A stretch of 64,000 nt of DNA from Octopus vulgaris (GCA_951406725.2 OX597815.1:129270001-129334000); one strand, 5' to 3'. Positions 52,024 to 64,000 are shown, counted from the first letter of the stretch. The notes: a model not told the origin generated them from the letters alone. A program made the numbers and translations.

Positions 52024-53349
52024 TGCATGTATGTATGTATCTATGTATGTATGTATGTATGTATCTATGTATGTACATTGGTGATGAAAATAGAGTTATA
52101 ATTACTTTCTGACTTACAGCTTTTACAAATTAGTAAGGCTGAAGTTTAAACTGCTTTGTGATTTGAAGAGGAGCTTTCATTATGTTCAAGTTGAGAATTA
52201 AGAATTTCTGTCAGAAAAGTTTTGCTAAGAACCTCCTAAATATATTTCAAAATTTCACCATGATATTTCAAGGGCAGTCTGTTATAGTTGTTTTTAGCGA
52301 CAGTACTGGAGGGTATGTAACAATTACTTGACTGTTGTTACTATAATCATGCACACACAGATTTTCCAAAATATTTGTCATAGCTATGCCTTTTGTACAG
52401 AATATTTCCAGTTTCACCAGTCATGTAGCATATCTACATTCAAATTTAAACATCCTGTCATACAATATGATTTACAGTTTAAACAGGTGTGTCATATCAC
52501 TTACTAAACTATCTTTCCAGTCAAATTTAGCTCTACTTTATAAGCAAAAACCACAAGTAGCTGTGAGCTGTCCTGCCTTATGAATGGAAGTGTTTAACTA
52601 CATTGACTGGAAGATCCTTTATCAGACCAGAACTTAATATTAACTGATCAAAAAGAAGCTCCATATCTTACTTGAAAATCTTTATCTTTTAAAAAGCCTA
52701 TACACCTTCAGGGACTGTATAAATCCCAAGAGTGAAACTTACTCATCATATCCACATTTTACAAAGCATATTTTAGAAGGAATAAAAGGCAAACCACCAG
52801 ATAGACTATAACCCAATCCAATGTTGCCTTACAAAACTTTTGCCTCTCGTAATAGCTTGCCTATATTTGTATGTGTTTAATAATGTACCTAATACAGAAA
52901 CACACACAGAGTCAGAGAGACATACACACTCATACACCCACACACATACACTCAGAGACACATACACATTCGTATATGTGATGTCATCATCATCATGGTA
53001 TAAAACGTTCTTTACTATTTCATACATATTGAATGCGCGAACACACACACATTAAGTGAAACAATATTATTGTCTTATCACATTAGAATAAGAAGTGAAA
53101 GAATAAAAGTGAAACAATGTTATATCACACAAGGAAGTCAATTTGTAGACAGAAATTACACACCCCATTTCAGTGCATAAAGCCATAGAAGAAAAGAGGT
53201 TGTGTGAAAGAACTTGAGTCACTTTAGGATATCTTTTTTCTAACGCATGAATGCTCAGTGGCATGTTTCAGTTCTCATTGGTTAGTAATGAAGGTTTATT
53301 GCCTGTATCATAACGGTTTTTGATAGAGGAAGAAATGTAAATAGTGTAT

Positions 53350-53625
53350 TTGTTGCCAGTGCTGCTGGACTGGCTCCTGTGCAGGTGGCATGTAAAAAAC
53401 ACCATTTGAGCGTGGCAGTTGCCAGTACTGCCTGACTGGCCCTCATGCTGGTGGCATGTAAAAGCACCCACAACACTCTTGGAGTGGTTGGTGTAAGGAA
53501 GGGTATCCAGCTGTAGAAACTCTGCCAGATCAAGGCTGGAGCCTGGTGCAGCCATCTGGTTCGCCAGTCAAATCGTCCAACCCATGCTAGCATGGAAAGC
53601 GGTTGTTAAACAATGATGATGATGA
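53350..53625 (+). mobile_element. RTE 3' UTR
   Basis: Reverse complement of 32150-32425. Confidence 0.8.
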
Positions 53626-53869
53626 AGTAAAATAATGTTCTAGGGAGAACGTACAAATAGCATGAAGACAAAGATATTCATGCACGACAGAGAGTGAGAG
53701 ACAGACAGAGGGTGAAAGAAATAGACAAAGACTTAAAGAGAGGAAGTATTGCAGAGAGTGTAAATGGAAAAGAGAAGAGATAGAGAAAGAAAAGGGAGAG
53801 AATCACTTGAAAACTTCAGAAGTCAAAGAGAGAGAATTGATTGAAAACTGCAGTTTTTACAGAAAAATC

Positions 53870-54059
53870 TATGTGAAAAACCCGTCAGTTTCTCACATTA
53901 TTTGGGAGCTCTGGGCAAAATGTTATAGTCCATGACCATCCTTGGCACATAAGGAATGTGTATGTAAAGTTTAGTGAAAATTGGTTGAAAACTATAGATA
54001 TGCATATGTACTACACACACAGACGCACACACACACTTTATTTTATACATATATATAGA
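53870..54059 (-). mobile_element. Helitron-like 5' end
   Basis: Minus strand TCtatatatgtataaaataaag(tg)n..ccaattttcactaaactttacatac, same architecture as the 2466 end. Confidence 0.45.
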
Positions 54060-54519
54060 TCATCATCATCATCATTTAATGTCAATTTTCAATACTGGCA
54101 CGGATTCGACATTTTGATGAGAGCTGGCAAGCCAGAGAACTGCACCAAGCTCCATTGTCTATTTTGACATTGTTTTTACTGTTGTATGCCCTTTCTTATA
54201 CCAACTACTTTACAAAGTGTAGTGGGTGGTTTTAATGCAGTACCAGCACCAGTGAGGTTCGTTTTAGCATGATTTTTATGGTTGTATGCTCTTCGTAACA
54301 CCAACTACTCTACAGAGTGAACAGTGTATTTATATTATACGAGCAAAACACTAATGGACAGTGCTCAGTTGTCAAACATTTAAACCAAATTTTCTCAAAA
54401 CAACTTGTCTGACCGTCCCATATGCCTCCCCTTTGAGAAACACTGATTTAATCTAAATTTGAGACACCAGCAAAAGAAGAAATAAAGATAGACTCTTTTT
54501 CTATTCCAAAAAATACTTT

Positions 54520-54692
54520 ATCGATCACATTCTCACCTGGAATCGACTTTTATAATTTTTTCAAGACTTATACACTTCCTGATACCGTCGGGTATATACA
54601 TATCAAATTTGAGCACAATCGGATGGAGGATGCCTGAGATCCTAGAAGACACACACACACACAGACAGACAGAACAGATTTTACATAATAGA
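54520..54692 (-). mobile_element. Helitron-like 5' end
   Basis: Minus strand TCtattatgtaaaatctgttctgtctgtctg..ccgattgtgctcaaatttgatatg. Confidence 0.45.
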
Positions 54693-55299
54693 CTAGACAT
54701 AAGTTTCATAAACAACAAAATATAAATATCCATACTCCAACACTTGAAATGTACCTGTTATAACTCTTTATCTCAATTTGAATGTATGTGAGGGTATTTA
54801 GAATGACCAAACTTATTTCTGAAAATGTGGTAAGCACTGATGCTGATCATAGTTTAATCAATAAACATAGGAGTGAGGTAAATGCAGTAGAAATAGGGGC
54901 ATCTGTGAGGCCCCATTTAAGTGGCCCTTCAGAAATTATACCTCCTTACTCCCTGTAAATTATACTCCCTGAGAGTTCATGGTATGAAATTCATTGTCAT
55001 TTCTCCGATTTAGTTGCCAATGTAATGTATTTAGTTTAAAATGCAGTTAAAATGCCCCAAATAGACAGCCTTTAAGAAAATAGACCCCCTTAGGACATTC
55101 CTTGGGATTAGGGGAGTTGCTGGTTTGAATTTCGTTGTCCTTGCACCAACAGTCTAAGAGGGGTTAATGAACATAAAAACGTAACAGACAGAGAAACATC
55201 ACTCTGATTTATAAAAGTATTGTATTCTATCATTTACATTATATCATATTTGTATCATGGAGAATTGTGTTTTTTAAAATCTGGACGTTTTTTGTATCT

Positions 55300-55530
55300 T
55301 TTATTTTTTACTTATTTCAGTCATTTGTAATTGGTTGCAGCCATGGTGGGGCACTGACTTAAAGGTACTGACAATTTGACCCCAGGATTTTTTTTTTTTA
55401 AAGCCAGGAACTTATTATATTGGTCTTTTTGCTGAACCACTAAGTTATGAGGTCATAAACACACCACGAACACCAGTTATCAAGTATTGGTGGTGGAGAA
55501 CAAACAGACATAAAGACACACACTCACACA
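55300..55530 (-). mobile_element. SINE family A 3' half
   Basis: Tail and body match. Confidence 0.7.
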
Positions 55531-55534
55531 TCTC

Positions 55535-55594
<60 letters not shown>

Positions 55595-55598
<4 letters not shown>

Positions 55599-55998
55599 TG
55601 CAGACATAGTTGTGTGGTAAGAAGCTTGCTTCCCAACTACATGGTTCCGGGCTCAATCTCAATTTGTGGCACCTTGGGCAAATGTCTTCTACTATAGCTT
55701 TAGCCCAACCATGCCTTTTGAGTGGATTTGGTAGAGGGCAACTGAAAGAAGCCCATTGAATATATATATGTATATCTTTGTGTATCTGTGTTTGAATGTC
55801 TATGTTTGAGTGTCTCTGTTTGTCCCCCCACTATCGCTTGACAACTGATGTTTGCATCTCCATAACTGAGCAGTTCAGCATAAGAGACCGAGATAGAATA
55901 AGTACTAGGCTTACAAAGAATAAGTCCTGGGATTGATTTGTTCGACTAAAGGTGGTGCTCCAGCATAGCCACTGTCAAATGACTGAAACAAATAAAAA
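55595..55998 (+). mobile_element. SINE family A
   Basis: Full copy on the plus strand. Confidence 0.85.
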
Positions 55999-56199
55999 AT
56001 ATATATATTTGATATACATACCAGGCTTCTTTCATTTTCTACCTATCATACCCACTCACAAGGCTTTTGGTTGGTCTGAGGAGAATTTCAAAACTTAATC
56101 TCCAGACTAGACAAAAAAGGTGTTAAACATCTTCATATTGGAGATTGAACAAAAAAAGTAAGATCATATTAACAGTGTTAATAAATAGCATTGCATTCG

Positions 56200-56402
56200 G
56201 TTATAGAAGGCTGGAAGCAGGGAAGAGCATCAAACAAGCTGAATCTATTCTACCCCTTGATGGTGCTTTAAACAAGCTGCTACAAACTTGAAGGGTCTGG
56301 AGGAAAAGGCACAATGAGACTGGTGAAAGTTGCATCATTAAACTGTTGCAAGTCAACACTTGCAGGAAAAAACATGAGTAGGGAAGGAATTCCAGAAGGT
56401 CA
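56200..56402 (-). mobile_element. CR1/L2-group LINE 3' fragment
   Basis: Minus translation FWNSFPTHVFPASVDLQQF resembles the W(N)xLP..VFP...L..FK C-terminal motif. Confidence 0.45.
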
Positions 56403-56429
56403 ATATTCAGGGTACAAATTTTTAAGTTA

Positions 56430-56700
56430 TATAATAATAATGAAATTATTGTATACAGTGCTCAGGTGCACCACAACTTGTCAGAAAGTGCATATAAAGT
56501 GTATGCAGTAATGTACAAATGTGTGGAAAGCGGACAATGTATGAGTCAGATACATGCTTGTGTGTGTATGGAGGGGAGGAAATCAGGTGTAGTGTTGGCA
56601 AATCACAGGAAGCTTGGAAATTTTGAAGGATACAGTGCTCCGACAACTAACAACTGATGCCGGCACTTTGTTCCATGCTTCAGCAACTCTCAGCAACTCT
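56430..56700 (-). mobile_element. CR1-type LINE 3' end
   Basis: RVAEAWNKVPASVVSC; terminal gtgcacctgagcactgtatacaa plus (TTA)n, homologous to 61080-61265. Confidence 0.75.
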
Positions 56701-57149
56701 CATCGGGTCATAGTTTGTTTATATTGTTGATTTATTACATTCTTTCAATACCAATACAGAACCTGAAAATAAACCAATGAATGTCTTATCTCTAAATTCA
56801 TCATCATCGACATTATCGTTATCATCATCATCATCATTAATGCTCACTTTCGCTTGTTTGCATGGATTAGACAGAATTTATTGGGGCAGATATTTTCTAT
56901 AACCAGTTGCCCTTCCTGTCACCAACCCTCACCTCTTTCCCAGCAAATGATTATTTTTTCATGGCCAGACATGTTTCCTCAGGATATTGGAAATAAATGA
57001 CACTACATGAATAAAAGTGACGCTTATTTGCATTTATCATGCAAAGTCAAAGGTGCCACACAGTGGGACTGAACTCAGAACCATGTGATTGGGAAACAAA
57101 CTTCACAAGCAAATTACACAGCCACAATTCTTTCTGTTAGAATCATTAA

Positions 57150-57634
57150 CTCTTTAGCTTTCAGATTTCTTTGTCAAATGTAATTAAATTTTTTTTTTTT
57201 TATTTCATTTCATCTAGTTTCAGCTCACAAGCTGTAGCCATGCTGGGGCACCGCCATTTGGTGTTGCTTCATAATTTTACTTCCGGAATGCCTTTAGCAA
57301 TTGACATTTGGTGCATGAGGGAGTTTGATGCAGCTGCCCTCATCTGCACCTCCTGTCACGAAGTTGGCTCATCTGGGACACCTGACAGGAAGAGGTCCAG
57401 CTTTATTTTGAAGACACCTACATCCACCCTATGCAAGTCTCTCAGGACCTTCATAATGCTTATTTATTCAAATTGTTTTAAATCAATCATGCATTGTCTT
57501 GTAGCTTCAATGGTGTGTTTGTATACTTTTAGAATGACACTGCATGGTAGGTGTGAGAGATTGGATCTGGTGAGTTTTAACAGAAAATAGGTAGAATATT
57601 TGTGCCAGATATGGCCAGATTAAATGCTAAAGGG
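57150..57634. mobile_element. TTAA-specific MITE carrying a LINE insertion
   Basis: ttaa|ctctttagc...gctaaaggg|ttaa; homologous to 1284-1504. Confidence 0.75.
57190..57450 (-). mobile_element. CR1-group (Zenon-like) LINE 3' end
   Basis: LRDLHRVDVGVFKIKLDLFLSGVPDEPTS*QEVQMRAAASNSLMHQ, then ggcggtgccccagcatggctacagc..gctgaaact and an A-rich tail. Confidence 0.7.
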
Positions 57635-58281
57635 TTAAGGATAATAGAGTGATATCTTTCCTAAGATGGTTGAAATAAGTATCAGAGATGCTTTGCCCCA
57701 CACAGAAACTACAGGAGCTACTCACAGCTATGGCAGGCTCTTCAGGTGGTGACTAAAGACATTGTAAAGCTGGAAACTCTTTCTGTATCATCAGCAGGAA
57801 TTTCAGGGTTACAAGGATTTCAACTCTTACCTTGCACATTTCATCTGAGTAAGGCTATGAGGACTGAATTAGTCATTACCAGTGGAAGGGTTCTATATGT
57901 ATTCTTATGCTACTCACAGCCACTTTAAGTTGGTTTCAGCTACTGTGCTTGTTTCTTTGGTGGCTTTCTTCAAATTGAATAGGAGCACTGAACCAGTTGA
58001 CAACAAAGGTTTGTGACATGCTAGTTCTGTATTTATAAGATATTATAAATACTCATACTGTTTGCATAACTGAGCTAAAATATCAATGCTCACATTTGTC
58101 CAATTGTCACCAGGAGAATACGCTACTGTTTTGAACAAAGAAGAAGAAACTCAATGTGCTCTGAAAAATTTCTTTTCTTGCCACTGAAATCTCTGTTTTA
58201 AGTGAACCGGATCCCTCTTCTTGAGTGACACACTGCTAGGAAAATAAAATTTACTGAATTAGAGAGAAGGAGAGAGAGAGA

Positions 58282-58312
<31 letters not shown>

Positions 58313-58329
58313 TACATACATACATATGC

Positions 58330-58547
58330 ATCTTTTATCTTTTACTTGTTTCAGTCATTAGATTGAGGCCATGCTGGAGCACTGCCTCAAAGAATTTTTA
58401 GTTGAATGAATCGATCCTAGCTCTTATTTTTGTGAAATCCGGTACTTACTCTATCAGTCTCTTTTGCTGGACCACTAAGTTACAGGAATATAAGCATACC
58501 AGCACCAGTTGACAAGCGATGGTGGGGGACAAAACACACACAAACAC

Positions 58548-58584
<37 letters not shown>

Positions 58585-58625
58585 TGATAGGCTTCTTTCA
58601 GCTTCCGTCAACAAGATCCACTCAC
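58330..58625 (-). mobile_element. SINE family A (headless)
   Basis: Tail and body match. Confidence 0.75.
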
Positions 58626-58651
58626 AACGCTAGAGCTGGCCCGATTCTATT

Positions 58652-59040
58652 ACTCTCTCTTTTACTCTTTTACTTGTTTCAGTCATTTGACTGCGGCCAA
58701 ATTAACCCCAGAACTTATCCTATGTAAGCCTAGTACTAATTCAACTTGTCTCTTTTGCCGAACCACTGAGTTACGGGGACATAAACACACCAGTATCAGT
58801 TATCAAGCGATGTTGGGGGGGACAAACACAGACACACAAACACACACACACATATATATACATATACATATATATACGACAGTCTTCTTTCTGTTTCCGT
58901 CTACCAAATCCACTTACAAGGCTTTAGTCAGCCTGAGGCTATAATAGAAGACACTTGCCCAAGGTGCCGCACAGTAGGACTGAACCCGGAACCATGTGGC
59001 TGGTAAGCAAGCTACTTACCACACAGCCGCTCCTGCGCCT
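58652..59040 (-). mobile_element. SINE family A
   Basis: Full copy; an extra head fragment follows at 59052-59140. Confidence 0.88.
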
Positions 59041-59178
59041 ATAGGAAAAAATAGTAGAAGATGCTTGCCCAAAGTGCCACGTACATGCCTGGAACCATAT
59101 GGTTGGGAAGCAAGCTGCTTACCACACAGCCACGCCTGCGCATACATACATACATACATACATACATACATACATACA

Positions 59179-59209
<31 letters not shown>

Positions 59210-59241
59210 CGGCAACCAATCTTGAAATAAACTGAATAAAA

Positions 59242-59632
59242 CGCAGGAGTGGCTGTGTGGTAAGTAGCTTGCTAACCAACCACATGGTTCCGGGTTCAGT
59301 CCCACTGTGTCATCTTGGGCAAGTGTCTTCTGCCATAGCCCCGGGCCGACCAATGCCTTGTGAGTGGATTTGGTAGACGGAAACTGAAAGAAGCCTGTCG
59401 TATATATGTATATATATGTGTATGTGTGTGTTTGTGCGTCTGTGTTTGTCCCCCTAGCATTGCTTGACAACCGATGCTGGTGTGTTTATGTCCCCGTTAC
59501 TTAGCGGTTCGGCAAAAGAGACCGATAGAATAAGTACTGGGCTTACAAAAGAATAAGTCCCGGGGTCGAGTTGCTCGATTAAAGGCGGTGCTCCAGCATG
59601 GCCACAGTCAAATGACTGAAACAAATAAAAAA
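59242..59632 (+). mobile_element. SINE family A (young)
   Basis: Full copy, very similar to 4163-4547 and 12395-12741. Confidence 0.92.
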
Positions 59633-60297
59633 AAATGGCATACATACATAGTATCGAAAGTTTCCCTAGAAAGTCAGAATTGAAACAAGAGCACTCTATA
59701 TAGTCAAAAGAGCTGAATATTATTACTAATATAGTCTACCGACTAAGTTAGGGATTCCTAAAATTTCGAAGTCCGTATTTGTGGTTTGTGATTGTTCAGG
59801 TATAACAACTTAAATGGATAAATTAATAACTTTATAGGTCGGATAAATATAAGTGTTTGAAGGGAGACAATCCTAAAACTTTCTTTCTAAAGTTATTTCC
59901 CTTTACCTTTGTTTTTAAATATTTTCCGGGAATTTGTGTGTGATATATGTAGCAAGTAAAATGTAAACGATCTGACGAATGTGTTCTAAACATATATTTG
60001 TTACTTTTCGCAGCTACTACTGATCATTATCCTGCCTGCTTTTAAAGTATGAGCAGTCATGTAGCTTTTCTACAAGAGCCTGTTCTGCCCCCTCCTTTCT
60101 CTCGTACTTAAACCCCTCACGTCTAACATAAAGCTGTCATCCCTATTCCTCAGGTTTTATAGTCTTGCGAATTGCATGGCGACCTAGTAATGATGCCATG
60201 AAAAAAGCACTTAGTACACACTGTAAAGCGATCGGCGTTCGGAAGAGCATCCAACCATGGAAACCGTGTTGAAGTAGACACTGGTGTGCGATGCAGT

Positions 60298-60820
60298 TAT
60301 AATGGATGGCAAGGTTTATGATATTAGGAGAATATCACCTTCCTCCATTATCTCTTTGTGTTCTTCGTGTAGTTCAGTCTCCGGCAGGCGAAGAAAGAAG
60401 ACTTCAAGTATAAATGCAATTTACATCTGGTTTATTTACAAGTTTCACAGGATAGGTGAAGTGTGCTGCTCTCAGCAATCATCTTTAGCTCTGTGTGTTG
60501 TGTAGTAACTCCGATAGTGCGGGCACATTGCCTCTGGAAGTACAACATACAGACAGGCCTAGCCAATGGAGTTTGCTCCAGCCAGCGCTGCTGTTAAGAG
60601 GCGGGAAGAGAGGCGGCAAAAGAGAGCCAGCAAAAGAGAGCCGGCAAAAGAGAGTGAATCTGTTTCTGTTTTGCCCTTATATACAGTTTGCCATTGGGAA
60701 CCTGGTTGTGATCTCGTGCATGGCAAATGAATGCAGGTGAGGTGTCGCTCCAGTCTTGGAGATGGCAATAGCTGCCGCAAGATCTCATCCAATATGGCGC
60801 TGACTGCTTGTGCTGCTACA
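60298..60820 (-). mobile_element. Solo LTR with 4 bp TSD
   Basis: cagt|tataatgg...gctgctaca|cagt; minus strand begins TGTAG, has TATA-like gtatataaggg (60673-60686) and AATAAA (60431-60436); the flanks rejoin an RTE-type tail. Confidence 0.7.
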
Positions 60821-60835
60821 CAGTCTTCAGATTCT

Positions 60836-60999
60836 TGATACTACTTAAATACAGAGGTCTTGACACATCTACATAACCCTAACTCTAACCCTAAACCTAA
60901 CTAAACCTAAACCTAACTATCCCCAATCCTAACGAGTGTGCACTGTAAAAACATATCATTACGTAGATGCATCAGGACCTCTGTATTTAAGTAATGCCA
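60836..60999. mobile_element. MITE with ~36 bp TIRs, 6 bp TSD and telomere-like internal repeats
   Basis: gattct|tgatactacttaaatacagaggtcttgacacatctac...gtagatgcatcaggacctctgtatttaagtaatgcca|gattct; internal taaccc/ctaaac repeats. Confidence 0.75.
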
Positions 61000-61077
61000 G
61001 ATTCTTTGGGTCCTGTCAAATCACACAACCCTTGCATAGTGTAACATAGACTTTAAATGATGATGATAATGATAGTC

Positions 61078-61078
<1 letters not shown>

Positions 61079-61109
<31 letters not shown>

Positions 61110-61812
61110 TTGTGTACAGTGCTCAGGTGCACTACAACTCATCTAAAGTGTATATATAATCAGGTGTAGTTTCGGCGGATTTCGGAAAGCATGAGGGCCT
61201 TAAAGGATGCAGTGTCATGGCAGTCAACAACTGACGCAGGCAGTTTATTCCACGCTTCAGCAACCCTGAGCGTGAAAAAATGTTTCCGAAAGTCATGGGA
61301 GCTGTGTTGTTTTCTGACTTTGTAGGCATGTCCACGTGTGTTAGACACATGGAGATCAAACAGGTGTTCAGTGTTGTTGTTGGTGAGGTGGTTGATAACC
61401 TTTGTGGGTGTTTACCAAGTCCGTCGCCAGAACGCCGGAGCTTCAGTGAATCCATGCCCAGGGAAACAAGGCGCTCAGAATATGGTAGGTGTCTGATGGA
61501 GGGTATGCGTTTGGTTGCACGTCTCTGGACAGATTCCAGGAGGTCAATGTTCTGAGCAAGATAGGGATTCCCAACTGATGATGCGAATTCCAAGTGTGGT
61601 CATACCATAGCTGTATACAGTTTTAAATAGATGGCTGGAGAGCGGCTAACAAAAGTCTTGCTGAGTGATGCCAAGACACCCTCGGCCTTCTTGACAATTT
61701 TAGAGATATGCTTTGTCCAACGCAAATCACTGCTGACAGTGATGCCTAGGTCACGCTCGCAAGAGGATTTCTTGATATCAGTGTTGTGGAGGGAGTATGT
61801 GGACGCAGATGA
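61079..61812 (-). mobile_element. 5'-truncated CR1-clade LINE
   Basis: ERDLGITVSSDLRWTKHI..LKLYTAMV*PHLEFASSVGNPY..LESVQRRATK..YSERL..TRGHAYK..RKHFFTLRVAEAWNKLP; (TTA)n tail. Confidence 0.92.
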
Positions 61813-61994
61813 TATACATAGATATATACACACATGATGGCCATTTACCCTGTAATACTGGAGCAAAGTGGTTGATCCAACCCATATTATCCAGATTATG
61901 ATACAAATACCATTATTTCAACACATATAAACATCAGCAAATTACCTCTAAGCTACTGACTTCTGATGAGTTCATTAATTGCTTATTACTTTCT

Positions 61995-62162
61995 AAAGCG
62001 GCAAGCTGGCAGAAACGTTCGTGTGCATGGAGAAATGCTTAGCCGAGGTCGACTTTGCCTTTCATCCTTTTGGGGTAGATAAATTAAGTACCAGTTGCAT
62101 ACTGGTGTCGATCTAATCGACTGCTCCAAAAATTTCAGGCCTTGTGCCTAGTGTGCAAAAGG
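61995..62162 (+). mobile_element. SINE family B (short-tail type)
   Basis: gccgaggtcgactttgcctttcatccttttggggtagataaattaagtaccag..aaatttcaggccttgtgcc. Confidence 0.8.
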
Positions 62163-62246
62163 TTATTTTCCTTACTCAAGCACAAAACTGATCTTTGAAT
62201 AGAATAAGTTGTTTGAATATATACCTTTATATTTAATAAAATATCA

Positions 62247-62649
62247 AGGCCCTAAGCACTTTAAAGATTTTGGTGCCCCCATAAAAGATTATGTAATCTA
62301 AAATATAAACAATAACAAACCATAAAATAAATTTTTATTTTTCAAAACGATACAAAACAATAAGAGGGAAAATAATGTTTATTTTTGTATACTTCCACTT
62401 TATTTATATTTGAAAAGTTTCCTCCTACTTTTTTGAATTGCAAAGTCTTTGATCAGATCCTCAAAATTAATTTTAGGTACCACATCAGCATCTATACTTA
62501 GTAGAGATAATGGCATCCCGAATATTATTTTAGCAAGTTTAAAGTGATTTCTTTTGTGCTGTAAACCATTTACTATTTCTGTGGTGCCCCTTCCTTCTCT
62601 TGATGCCCTAAACACGTGCTTATTTTGCTTAATGGTTAATTCAGCACTG
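62247..62649 (-). mobile_element. Internally deleted hAT transposon retaining the transposase C-terminus
   Basis: LSLLSIDADVVPKINFEDLIKDFAIQKSRRK (hAT C-terminal signature); minus strand starts cagtgctgaattaacc; subterminal gtg.ttagggc / ggggcacca motifs at both ends. Confidence 0.7.
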
Positions 62650-62904
62650 ATTTTATTGAAACTCTGTGAGAAATGAAAGGCAAATTCAACTTTAGGATGA
62701 TTTATCCCAGAACCAAGAAGACTCGTAGTTTACAGTCTTGTCTTTTGTTGTGTTTTTTATGTATTAATGGTCACTGTAAAACATTTGACTGGAATGCTTC
62801 AGTTTTGTTAAGCTTTTCTTTCATGATTAATTGTGGCATAATTTTAGCAAAAGTAGAATGAAAATCAGGTTAGATCTCCTTCTTTTATCATTTACCTTGA
62901 AGTG

Positions 62905-63325
62905 AGGGGCAGGGGATTGGTAGAATCATTATAATACTGGGCTTGCAGTTCTTATTCTGGCTCTTTACACTGCAAATTCCAATCTACCAAGGTCAATTTT
63001 ACCTTACATTCTTTCAATGTCAATAAAATAAAGTACCAGTTAAGCACTGGGATCAATATTAACAATTAATACCCTTCCCTTCAAAACTGTTGACCTTGTG
63101 ACTAAGTCGAAAACAATTATTTAGTCAAAAGTATGGGGAAGTGGATTGACAGTTTCATTAGAGTGCAGTTTATGTTAAGAGTTGAATCCTGTCAAGGTCC
63201 ACTTTAGCTTTTAGCCTTCTGAGGCTGATAAAATAAAGAGCCGGTCAAGTGCTGGGGTCAATATAATCAACTGTTTTCCCCTTCTCCATAGAATTCCTGA
63301 TCCTGTACCTATGCTAGAAACTATT
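62905..63325 (+). mobile_element. Two adjacent old SINE family B copies
   Basis: Two iterations of caaggtc.actt..cttt...ataaaataaag.acc.gt.aag..ctggg.tcaat. Confidence 0.6.
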
Positions 63326-63361
63326 TAGTATAAAGAAGTGTGGCGGTGCATCCAGCTGTTG

Positions 63362-63420
63362 CAGGCCATTCCTGAGTAACGAGATTGTACATTACAATCT
63401 CATTACTCAGGAATGGCCTG
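63362..63420. repeat. 28 bp-arm hairpin (1 mismatch)
   Basis: caggccattcctgagtaacgagattgta-cat-tacaatctcattactcaggaatggcctg. Confidence 0.9.
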
Positions 63421-64000
63421 AGTATTTTTGTTGTCGCATCATAGCAAAGTTGTGTTATGGCATACTCCAGCCAATCAGGGCTGGGTGTGTATGAATACTC
63501 AGGGCAGTTCTCTGCCCAAGAAGAGAAGCAGGAGTTTTAAATCAGTTAGCGGACAGACATCAGAAAAGTAACATCTCTCTTTCAACATGGAATAGTCTCT
63601 TTGTTTTACACACCAACTTTGCATCAGCTAACTCTGAATTATATCATATTTTAGCTTGCAACATCAGGAACAGCATCTTTGTTTTTCACATCAACTTCTT
63701 GCAGCTAACTCTGAATTATATCGGCTCTCGACTCACCGCTAAATCCATATTTCTAATGTAAGTGATAACAGCCTTTTATGACTCGCACATACACAGGCTA
63801 GACTGTTACTACTTGTTAGCGCTCGTTAATTAAAAAATATTTTCGTTATAAAAATTGCCTTCTGATATTTTTCCTTTTACTAACTTTTGCACCACAAATT
63901 AGTGCCTGCCCTCACTAAATTGATGGCACTATAAATGCACTCACACCAAACTAGTGACCTCTTCTACATTGGTGACTTTTTACAAGATAAACTGAGTTGA

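Noticed and set aside
57640-58236. Host coding exon
   Set aside because: All three minus-strand frames after the acceptor-like site hit stops within ~130 nt; the plus-strand 60 aa ORF is unrecognisable.
60874-60932. Interstitial telomere / chromosome fusion scar
   Set aside because: Short, degenerate and enclosed by TIRs with a TSD; better explained as MITE interior.
61960-61992. ctgatgag motif
   Set aside because: No stem II/GAAA partner downstream; chance match.

Overview
AT-rich, repeat-saturated eukaryotic genomic DNA with no intact protein-coding gene. The SINE, RTE and microsatellite content resembles an octopus/coleoid cephalopod genome; this is inferred from repeat character, not from a database search. 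Almost all listed ORFs are translations of (TA)n/(CA)n/(TACA)n microsatellites or SINE bodies. The real coding remnants are decayed transposons: Penelope-like RT and GIY-YIG, RTE, CR1-type and R4/Dong-type LINEs, and Tc1/mariner and hAT transposases. Helitrons, TTAA and TA MITEs and a solo LTR are also present. Most notable: (i) several minimal type-I hammerhead ribozyme motifs in Penelope-like terminal repeats, including a tRNA-headed, hammerhead-tailed SINE-like element at ~31345-31625; (ii) more than a dozen fold-back inverted duplications, the largest a ~1.9 kb near-perfect palindrome with template-switch junctions at 42854-44735; (iii) two SINE/LINE pairs with shared 3' tails visible within the window. 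Boundaries of degenerate repeats are approximate (about +/-10-30 bp).
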